From IMG/VR virus record IMGVR_UViG_3300035698_008855: 20,000 bases of DNA. One strand, 5' to 3'. Below, piece by piece: positions 7,034 through 14,523 of this stretch (its first letter is position 1; each line of letters opens with the position of its first letter). The notes beneath the pieces are model-generated. The model saw nothing but the letters and a program-made list of their open reading frames with translations. It was not told the origin of the DNA and did not search any database. Position numbers and translations under genes: made by a program. Source of the DNA: an uncultured virus (IMG/VR IMGVR_UViG_3300035698_008855) (taxonomy: Duplodnaviria > Heunggongvirae > Uroviricota > Caudoviricetes).

Positions 7034-9844
7034 ATGCCTAGCTACATTCTTCCGCAGACGCTGGTATATCAGGAGTTCACTGATACACCCACTGCAATCA
7101 CCGATCCTCTGCGCGCCTGTATCGTTGGCGCCAAGTACGACCTCTTCAGGTACGACACGGCCGCCGAAAAGGCGCTCACGACCCTCGGGGCGTATGACCC
7201 CTCGACGGACACATGCTACAGTTGGCCCGGTCGCGCTGCTGGTACCATCGTTGACCAGGACTACACCAAGGTCTACATCGACGACGCGCTCTGCCAGTAC
7301 TACCACGACCCCGTGGGGAGCCTCTCGACGATTTCGGCACCCGCAGGCACGCAGCGTAACCGTATCCGCTCTGATACGTTGATCTTCAAGGCTGGTAACA
7401 CTTACTCTCGCAGCGCGGCCTTCTACGACCGCGACGTGACGGTTGGCGATATGATTCGCCTGACCAGCACGGCCTGCGGGCGTAACACAGAGCTCCTCAC
7501 CACCATCATCGGCATCGTAGCTGAAGATGTTGCTGACATCATCGCCACCGCTGGAACGGACTCGGGCAACCAGGGTACGCTCGTAGCCTCTAGCAGCGTT
7601 TCGCAGACGGCCGGTACGGTCAACGATGTTTGGGCGGCTGTTGACGCTGCCGCTTACCTTGGCCTTTATGATGGTGATCCCTCGGAAACGTACGTGATCA
7701 CAGTCACCGAGGCCTCCGTAGGTGAAGACGCCACATCCGCTGAACTCTCGGTGGTTAGCGCGAGCGGTAATGATGACGTGGCACAGGTCACGCCCGCTCA
7801 GTTCAACTCGCCTACCACGATTGGTACACGCGGACTGACCGTTACCTTTGATATGTCCGGCGCCGCCGGTGGTAGCTCAAGCTCGAGCTCCGCAAGTGTC
7901 ACCGATTCTGACGACTTTGTGGTCGGTCAGGTTTGGACCGTCGTCGTACAGGAAACCTACACTACAGGTGTCCTGGCTTCTGGTGGAGACTACACTGGAC
8001 TGGTTGACGACGTCTACATCATCGAATGCACGACTGGTGGCTATAACGCCCTGACAAAGCCGCAGGTGACTTGCTACAACGCGAGCGGTACCGACGTCAG
8101 CGGGCCTACGGCCGTTACAACCGCTGTGGCCTTCGCAGTAGGTACCCTCGGCGTTACCGCAACACATACTGGCGCGTACATGTGTAAGGGTGACATGTGG
8201 ACCATCGCCGTCACAGCTGAGTCCAGCGGCCCCTTCCGTACACTTACGCTTGCCAATAACCTGCCGGACGAGATGCTCGGCGAGTGCAGTGGTTGGTACG
8301 ACTCCAACTCAAGCTCTTCAAGTCTGAGCTCTGCGCCTGGTGATGTAGACATGAAGCTCTACATCAAGAAGGACATCGAAGTCACTGAGACGCGTACAGG
8401 CGTTGCGGGCACCTACAACTGGACCCAAAGCGCTACGCAGATCTGTCTCGAGGCTGGTGTCACCGCTTACGATTCCACGTGGATCAATGGCACGACGCTG
8501 CTTTCGATGACCGTTATGGGCGGTACGATCTACCCTGAGTACCGTGCTCTTGATCCGACAGGCGCCTCCACACTCGGTAGCCTCTCTGACGTCAGTGAAA
8601 TCCCCACTGCGCTCGGCGTGATCGACGTGGATAACCCCATCGCCTACGGCGCTTACAAAGCCGTGAGCAACTCCAATGGTACGGCTGTCAAGTATCTCAA
8701 CATTGCCGCCGATACTACAGCGGGCTGGGCCGCCGCACTCGGTGTCCTCAAGGGCAGCGACGAAGTCTACGGCCTTGTCCCCATGTCTTGGGATGAAGAT
8801 ATTCAGGATCTCTTTGTAGCACACGTTGCCTCTATGTCGGCTGCTACCGAAGCCAGATGGCGTATGACCTGGCTCTGTACCCCCACGGCGGCAACCTACG
8901 TTCTGGTTACGGCGAATGCCTCTGGCACGACCCAGCTGGCCACGATTGCTGACGACCCCGACGCCGCTGGCACTCAGTACACCCTGCTGACGGGTGTGGA
9001 CAGTGCTTTCCGCGATGTTGTAGTTCGTGCTGGCGATACCGTCCGCTGCAAGTACGCAGGTGACGGATGGTCCGGCGTTAGCTACGAGGAGTACCTGGTC
9101 GACAGCGTCGTCAATAACGACACCCTGCGACTCTACACAGGTCCTTCCTCGCCGACAGCTGTCCCTTCAAAGATCGAGATCTGGCGTACACGCACGAAAG
9201 ACGAGCAGGCTACCTACATCGCCACTAAGAGTGGTGCGTACGCCAGCCGTCGTGTCATCAACGTATGGCCGGACTACCCGATCGTCAGCGGCGTTTCAGT
9301 AGCGGGTTACTACCTCTGTGCTGCGCTGGCCGGTCTGAAGTCCGCCGTGGTTCCGCATCAGGGTCTGACGAACGTTGCCATCACAGGCTTCGACGACATG
9401 ACTCGTACCATCGACTACTTCAACCGCGATCAGCTCAACACGATGGCTGCCGCTGGTACCTGGATCGTGACGCAAGATACGGCCATTGGTACCATCTACA
9501 CGCGCCATCAGCTGACCACGGACTCGACGAGCACCAACACCAAGGAGCTCAGCGTTACGACTAACGTGGATAGCATCAGCTACCTGTTGCAGTCGACTCT
9601 CGCGCCTTACATTGGTCGCGGTAACGTGTCAGAGACGATGATCTCTCTGATCCGCCATGACGTCATCGGTGTCCTCGAGTACTTCGGAGGTGTTGTCTCT
9701 TCAGAGCGTCTCGGGCCGCAGCTTGTTAGCGGCGAGATCAGTACGGTTGAGCAGCATGCTACGCTGCTGGATCGTGTCACGGTTATCGTTAACCTTGAGC
9801 TGCCGTACCCGCTCAACAACATTGAAGTCAAACTGGTTATCTAG
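7034..9844 (+). CDS. Contractile tail sheath protein with large inserted domains
   Basis: N-terminus MPSYILPQTLVYQEF..ACIVG. Sheath-like C-terminus: YLCAALAGL..PHQGLTN..FNRDQLNTMAAAGTWIV..IYTRHQLTTD..KELSVTTNVDSIS..DRVTVIVNLELPYPLNNIEVKLVI. Strong C-ending codon bias and a strong RBS. Confidence 0.9.
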   Translation: MPSYILPQTLVYQEFTDTPTAITDPLRACIVGAKYDLFRYDTAAEKALTTLGAYDPSTDTCYSWPGRAAGTIVDQDYTKVYIDDALCQYYHDPVGSLSTISAPAGTQRNRIRSDTLIFKAGNTYSRSAAFYDRDVTVGDMIRLTSTACGRNTELLTTIIGIVAEDVADIIATAGTDSGNQGTLVASSSVSQTAGTVNDVWAAVDAAAYLGLYDGDPSETYVITVTEASVGEDATSAELSVVSASGNDDVAQVTPAQFNSPTTIGTRGLTVTFDMSGAAGGSSSSSSASVTDSDDFVVGQVWTVVVQETYTTGVLASGGDYTGLVDDVYIIECTTGGYNALTKPQVTCYNASGTDVSGPTAVTTAVAFAVGTLGVTATHTGAYMCKGDMWTIAVTAESSGPFRTLTLANNLPDEMLGECSGWYDSNSSSSSLSSAPGDVDMKLYIKKDIEVTETRTGVAGTYNWTQSATQICLEAGVTAYDSTWINGTTLLSMTVMGGTIYPEYRALDPTGASTLGSLSDVSEIPTALGVIDVDNPIAYGAYKAVSNSNGTAVKYLNIAADTTAGWAAALGVLKGSDEVYGLVPMSWDEDIQDLFVAHVASMSAATEARWRMTWLCTPTAATYVLVTANASGTTQLATIADDPDAAGTQYTLLTGVDSAFRDVVVRAGDTVRCKYAGDGWSGVSYEEYLVDSVVNNDTLRLYTGPSSPTAVPSKIEIWRTRTKDEQATYIATKSGAYASRRVINVWPDYPIVSGVSVAGYYLCAALAGLKSAVVPHQGLTNVAITGFDDMTRTIDYFNRDQLNTMAAAGTWIVTQDTAIGTIYTRHQLTTDSTSTNTKELSVTTNVDSISYLLQSTLAPYIGRGNVSETMISLIRHDVIGVLEYFGGVVSSERLGPQLVSGEISTVEQHATLLDRVTVIVNLELPYPLNNIEVKLVI

Positions 9845-9851
9845 GCCCTAA

Positions 9852-9894
9852 AGGTGGAGCACCCCCTACGCGTTGTGGGGGGTGCGTTCTACCT
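9852..9894 (+). promoter_or_regulatory. Long GC-rich stem-loop between sheath and tube genes
   Basis: AGGTGGA-GCACCCCCTAC-gcgtt-GTGGGGGGTGC-gt-TCTACCT. It lies just upstream of the tube RBS and has no U-tract. Confidence 0.65.
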
Positions 9895-9914
9895 GTGGAA
9901 AAGGAGTAGGAACG

Positions 9915-10433
9915 ATGCCTGCTACAGACATTTTTAATCGTACAAGTGAGATCGGTGCTCCGTACAGATCGGATCAGGCGAAGCTGATTCTTCCCTCCGC
10001 CGACGGCGCTGACGTTACGCTGGTGGTGCAGAATCTCAACGTTCAGTACCAGCAGCAGGTCTCCCGCATCTGGGAGATCGGCAGTAACAAGCAGTACTTC
10101 GTTGGTGGCCGCGCGCAGGGTAACCTGCAGCTGGGTACCGTGATTGGACCGAAGCCTATCAACACCGCGCTTATCGAAAAACTCGGAGATGTTTGCGGGA
10201 TCACCGCCACTGGTGTGAACGCCATTAGCTTTGAGATGAGCAATCCGTGCGAAACGATACACGCCGACGTGATTAACCTAGTCTGTTCCGCATGTGTCCT
10301 CACCAGCATTGGTTTCCGCGTGGCTTCTGCTGACATGATCGTCAATCAGGATATGACCGTCATGTTCGCTTACCTAAAGATCGCAGTAACCGGTGGAGTA
10401 ACTGTCGGTAGCAATGATGATGCTGTTCGGTAG
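9915..10433 (+). CDS. Tail tube protein
   Basis: AAGGAG at 9901-9906 favours ATG 9915 (172 aa). Follows the sheath gene. Tube-like pattern VQNLNVQYQQQVSRIWEIGS..YFVGGRAQGNLQL..CVLTSIGFRVASADMIVNQDMTVMF. Confidence 0.85.
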   Translation: MPATDIFNRTSEIGAPYRSDQAKLILPSADGADVTLVVQNLNVQYQQQVSRIWEIGSNKQYFVGGRAQGNLQLGTVIGPKPINTALIEKLGDVCGITATGVNAISFEMSNPCETIHADVINLVCSACVLTSIGFRVASADMIVNQDMTVMFAYLKIAVTGGVTVGSNDDAVR

Positions 10434-10438
10434 CAGCC

Positions 10439-10517
10439 GGGAGAGGGTACGGTAGAAAGCCATCGGTCTCCGACCTCTCCCTTCGGGAGGGCGACTGTCG
10501 CCGCCAGTCGCCTTCCC
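10439..10517 (+). terminator. Tandem stem-loops after the tube gene (terminator, attenuator or stability element)
   Basis: GGGAGAGG(10439-10446) pairs with CCTCTCCC(10474-10481). GGGAGGGCGACTG(10485-10497) pairs with CAGTCGCCTTCCC(10505-10517). Only a weak pyrimidine tail (ACCTCTT) follows. Confidence 0.55.
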
Positions 10518-10527
10518 ACCTCTTACA

Positions 10528-10545
10528 TGGAACTGGAACTGGAAC
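10528..10545 (+). repeat. (TGGAAC)x3 tandem repeat abutting the spike start codon
   Basis: TGGAACTGGAACTGGAAC directly before ATG 10546. Confidence 0.85.
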
Positions 10546-13209
10546 ATGCCTGGACTCTATGGAAACGTAGGGGACACGGATAGCGCGGCAGAGGACCTCG
10601 GTCCTGTCGTCGGCCTTCTTTCCGGTCTCTCAACAGGCGGACCTTCTAACGTTGTATCCGGGCAGATCCTCAACGTCTACCCCGCGATGCAGTGCTACTC
10701 TGTTGCCGTAGACAACTATCAAGTCTACATGGCACGCCCCCTTCTTAGCGGTGCCCACGTTGTCGGTGCATCTGACTTCGGTACCTACATGCCTGGCACG
10801 CATGTCTTTATGATTCTCCCCAACGTACCCGGCGCCGAAGGTTTCATCATTGGGTCTTTCCATGACCTTGCTGGCACCTACAACTACCTCATCACACATC
10901 AGATCGTGTCACGCTCACGCTGTGGTCTTTACGAAGAAGCCACACAGCGTAAAACACTTGAAAATCCGCATACGTCGGTATCACATTGGGGTGGTCGTGC
11001 TCCCTCTGACCTAATTGCAGGTGACTGGGGCCACGTCAACGAGATGGGGATGATGTACTTCCTTGGCCGTTTCTTCCTCAAGTTGCGAGCGAGTGAAGGC
11101 GCAAAGCTGGAGATGTTCAATCTCGACGACCTTGTGCGTCTGACAGCCTACAATTATGCGGTACGTCACGCGTTCATCGAACATAGCATCTTGGACGATG
11201 AGGGGGAGAACTACGACCTCTGGCGTTCGACACACCTCCCATGGGAAGCCATGGGTGCGCGCCTTCGTATCACTGAGGCTATAGAGCAACGTGAACCCAC
11301 GATGGACGAGTCAGGCCGAGAGCCTGTTGACGATGCTATGCAGATGGGCATCTGGCGCCACCAGAGATTTCGTGGCTATCTGGGCGAGTTGGAGCACGAG
11401 TGGGTTGCGTGGCCTCCTGAAGTCGTAGGACAGGCATATCCAGGCATCGAGTCTACTGAGGCACAAATCAGTTACCCGGGTTTGCTGGAGATCATCAAGC
11501 ACGTTGACGGCCGCATCGCCATTCGATCTGCAAAAGAGATCACCTTTGAGAAGTACGCGCTCATCCCGGTACCTAAGCAGATAGCTGAGCCCGAAGATCC
11601 TGATGGCGACTCGCGTACGAACTACCCCGCATCTAACGTATGGGTGGGTGAAGGCTCTTCTGCACCATACGAGAAGACGGAGTTTGAGTTTGCAGACGAG
11701 GCCAACCCTGCGGCGCGTGCGTCTCAGTTGTTCGACTATCACGCCCAGCTGTTCAACCACTACTTCGTCAACGGTCTGAATAGCCACACACGTGATTTCT
11801 ACTTCGTAAGTGAGCCAAACGTTTTCGATAACGCTGATGTTGGTGCAGTCAGCGCGGTCCACAGCGAGACGATGTACTCTGGTACTAGCTTCCTCATGTC
11901 CATGCCCAGGTCGGTGCAGCTGAACATCGACGAGCGCGGTGGGACGGTCAAATACTTCATGTCCCGCAGCTGCATCAAACAGATGGACGACGGATCCATC
12001 CTGCTGGAAGATGGCTATGGCAGTCAGATTATGATGACGGGCGGGTCAATCTTCTTCTCGGCTTCGCGCGACATCTTCAACATGCCTGGGCGTAACGCGG
12101 TCACGTGGGCGCCACACGACATCATCCAGCGTTCTGGTAACAGTACGGATATCACGTCAGCTAAGAACGACGTGCGCATCAAAGCTGAGCGTAACTTGCA
12201 TATGCTTGGTGGTAACGGTCACCCACATACGTGTAACGGTACTGGCGGTATCGTCATCGAGTGTCGTAGTAGCGGTAGACAGTCCAAGTCACACTTTGAC
12301 AACAAGATCGGCGAAGACGTCAACGCGCCGGGTATTCTCCTCAAGGCCGCTAAGAGCAAGATTGCCATTCTCGGTAACGAGATGCAGCTTGCGCTGGCCC
12401 CTGGCGCTACAGGTAACTTCTCGTTGGGTAGCTATGACAATTCAATGATCATCTTTGGGCATACAGTAGAGGTTGCAGGTAAGAGCAGCGTGAGATTCTT
12501 CTGTGGTAGACGTGGATCACAGACACCTCCTGCTGCAGCAAACGCAATGGTAATACGTCCAAATATCATGTACATTAACCAATCCGTACTCGTGAATAAG
12601 CAACTCGTTTGCGCAGAGCATGTGATATCTGGTGGGTGGATGGTTGCTAACATGGGCGTCTATACGCACGGGGTTATGGCATGTAGTCGTATTATACATT
12701 CGGCCAGAACAACCCGAGTAGGTAGAATGAGGAATACGCCAAAGCTATTTGACTTCACGAAATATACGAAGTATATCAAAGATGATCTCGTGTATTTCCA
12801 GGACACGCTGGGAGGCCGAGAAGACAAAGCGTTTGCCAAGGGCGACGAAGCGCTCGGTAGCGCAGATGTCTTTGCAACGCTTGGTGTATCTCTTCGCGAC
12901 GAGGAGCAGTACGCGATAGCCAGCGACTTTGTGATCTACGAACCGCGCTGGCAGCAGCTTCAGCGCGCGGGTGGGTCAACTGAGGTCTGGAGTGAGGGTG
13001 AAATACTATCACCGAACCTCGTGGAGACGATGCCTTACCCAGGGTACAACACGTGGAATAGTGAAGGCGCCTACAGGGGTGTAGACTTGACGTCTTCTAC
13101 CTTCTTCGATATCACTAGAGGCGCAGCATTTGAAAAACCGGTAAACGGCGAAACGCCGGAGATGAACGAGATGACATTGGACAGTGCGTACATAGTTACT
13201 AACCAATAG
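10546..13209 (+). CDS. Probable baseplate central spike protein (gp5/gpV/VgrG-C-like)
   Basis: 887 aa. OB-fold-like N-terminus (GQILNV..YSVAVD..PGTHVFMIL..GFIIGS). Beta-helix-like runs SCIKQMDDGSILLEDGYGSQIMMTGGSIFFSASRDIFNMPGRN and DITSAKNDVRIKAERNLHM. Located in the tail module. Confidence 0.7.
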   Translation: MPGLYGNVGDTDSAAEDLGPVVGLLSGLSTGGPSNVVSGQILNVYPAMQCYSVAVDNYQVYMARPLLSGAHVVGASDFGTYMPGTHVFMILPNVPGAEGFIIGSFHDLAGTYNYLITHQIVSRSRCGLYEEATQRKTLENPHTSVSHWGGRAPSDLIAGDWGHVNEMGMMYFLGRFFLKLRASEGAKLEMFNLDDLVRLTAYNYAVRHAFIEHSILDDEGENYDLWRSTHLPWEAMGARLRITEAIEQREPTMDESGREPVDDAMQMGIWRHQRFRGYLGELEHEWVAWPPEVVGQAYPGIESTEAQISYPGLLEIIKHVDGRIAIRSAKEITFEKYALIPVPKQIAEPEDPDGDSRTNYPASNVWVGEGSSAPYEKTEFEFADEANPAARASQLFDYHAQLFNHYFVNGLNSHTRDFYFVSEPNVFDNADVGAVSAVHSETMYSGTSFLMSMPRSVQLNIDERGGTVKYFMSRSCIKQMDDGSILLEDGYGSQIMMTGGSIFFSASRDIFNMPGRNAVTWAPHDIIQRSGNSTDITSAKNDVRIKAERNLHMLGGNGHPHTCNGTGGIVIECRSSGRQSKSHFDNKIGEDVNAPGILLKAAKSKIAILGNEMQLALAPGATGNFSLGSYDNSMIIFGHTVEVAGKSSVRFFCGRRGSQTPPAAANAMVIRPNIMYINQSVLVNKQLVCAEHVISGGWMVANMGVYTHGVMACSRIIHSARTTRVGRMRNTPKLFDFTKYTKYIKDDLVYFQDTLGGREDKAFAKGDEALGSADVFATLGVSLRDEEQYAIASDFVIYEPRWQQLQRAGGSTEVWSEGEILSPNLVETMPYPGYNTWNSEGAYRGVDLTSSTFFDITRGAAFEKPVNGETPEMNEMTLDSAYIVTNQ

Positions 13210-13219
13210 GAGCAGGCCG

Positions 13220-14011
13220 ATGGCAAAAGATTTTCCCCAACCAGGCGCCGGGCCGGAGCAGAACATCGCGCCCGTACAGGATGTAAGCGAACTACCGCCT
13301 GAAGAAAGACAAAGGTTTAACCACCTTTTTGACAGGATAAAAAGCACGGAGGCCGCAGACCTTGTTGCTGGTACTACAGCGCCCCCGCCCGCGCCTGAAG
13401 TGCCGAAGGCTCCCGAACCTGAAGTAGACGCGCAAGACGATGCTGAAGACGATACCAACGAACACGGCCAGCGTATCTGCCAGCGGTGCGGATTTGACAC
13501 AACGCTGGACTCTGGCGTCCCTTCAGATGAAGACCGGCGAGCGTTTGTACGTGCGTTGCTGGGTGGCACGCTGTATGAGAAAGAGTACTCAATGTTTGAC
13601 GGATCTCTTAGCGTCGTCTTTCGTGTTCGATCTACCGAGCAGGGCGATCTGATCTCAGATCAGATAAACGACGACATGAAGATGGAGCGTATCCAGCTGG
13701 ACAACGTCCAGCGGTACCTCTACTTCTTCCAGCGGTATCAGATGTCATGCAGCCTCGTGGCTATCCGCCGAGATAAAGGCGTGGACGAAGAGTTCCCGGA
13801 AGTTGTGCGCTCCGGCGACGGCTACCCGCTTACCGGCGAGGATGATACGCGCTCTATTCTCATGCGATCGTTTGAAGCAAAGACAAACGCGTGGCCTCAG
13901 CCACTTTTGCACGCGGTGATGCAGGTACATAGGTCGTTTGAACAGGCCATGGACACCCTTTCGTCAAGGGTCCAAGACCCGGATTTTTGGAAGAACGTTG
14001 GAACTGCTTAG
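13220..14011 (+). CDS. Probable tail assembly chaperone (lambda gpG-like role)
   Basis: AGGAG at 13208-13212. 263 aa with a Pro-rich/acidic N-terminus, a CQRC motif and SVVFRVRSTEQGDLI. Lies two ORFs upstream of the tape measure and ends just after a slippery site. Confidence 0.65.
   Translation: MAKDFPQPGAGPEQNIAPVQDVSELPPEERQRFNHLFDRIKSTEAADLVAGTTAPPPAPEVPKAPEPEVDAQDDAEDDTNEHGQRICQRCGFDTTLDSGVPSDEDRRAFVRALLGGTLYEKEYSMFDGSLSVVFRVRSTEQGDLISDQINDDMKMERIQLDNVQRYLYFFQRYQMSCSLVAIRRDKGVDEEFPEVVRSGDGYPLTGEDDTRSILMRSFEAKTNAWPQPLLHAVMQVHRSFEQAMDTLSSRVQDPDFWKNVGTA
13981..13987 (+). promoter_or_regulatory. Candidate -1 programmed ribosomal frameshift site G_GAT_TTT
   Basis: In frame with ORF 13220 (CCG GAT TTT TGG). 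The -1 frame is open from 13942 to the stop at 14523. Confidence 0.7.
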
Positions 14012-14523
14012 CAGTTAGGGCGCACATTTCAGGCGCCTTGAACTTTTCGGAGTTCCGACGTTACGACTCATCGTGGTATTCTAAAGAGAGCCTGATACTT
14101 CGAGAGTTGGAGAATCAAGCATGGCGACAAGTTTATGGACTTCGATATCAAAAGTACGTCGCGGGTATCGGCGTCTACGACTCTGTAGAAACCACGAACT
14201 TCTATCTGAGCGAGTCAACGACGCTTGCCCACACGATGGCAAAGGATATAGTGCCATGGTTCGAGTGGGATAAACAAGAGCCGAAGCAGATGGATGATCT
14301 AGCCTCGATATGGGCTGAGGAACAGCGCATCAGTCAGCTCCCTGAGGTCAAGGAGAGTCGAAGACAGGTTAGAGAGGTCATGGCAGAGCAAATGGCGGCG
14401 CATTCACCGGACAGGAGCTCGAACAGAGCGTTCACAAGAGCCATCATTGAGAAGAAACGTGCGTCAAGAATCAACATGGGTACACGAAGGCGGCGAGGAC
14501 TAAGGCGAGAGAATAATGCCTAA
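13987..14523 (+). CDS. Second chaperone ORF (gpT-like), probably made as a frameshift fusion
   Basis: 178 codons in the -1 frame, overlapping ORF 13220 by 25 nt. Only a TTG start with no clear SD. Its stop overlaps the start region of the tape measure gene. Confidence 0.7.
   Translation: MEERWNCLAVRAHISGALNFSEFRRYDSSWYSKESLILRELENQAWRQVYGLRYQKYVAGIGVYDSVETTNFYLSESTTLAHTMAKDIVPWFEWDKQEPKQMDDLASIWAEEQRISQLPEVKESRRQVREVMAEQMAAHSPDRSSNRAFTRAIIEKKRASRINMGTRRRRGLRRENNA

Noticed and set aside
612..9914. Longer starts given by the ORF track (612, 2989, 3774, 6162, 9873)
   Set aside because: Downstream ATGs at 651, 2998, 3819, 6216 and 9915 have better SD spacing or stop-start coupling and give more sensible N-termini.
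10528..10545. Phase-variable or CRISPR-like repeat
   Set aside because: Only three 6-nt units with no spacers. No CRISPR array, tRNA, integrase, transposase or reverse transcriptase was recognised in the window.
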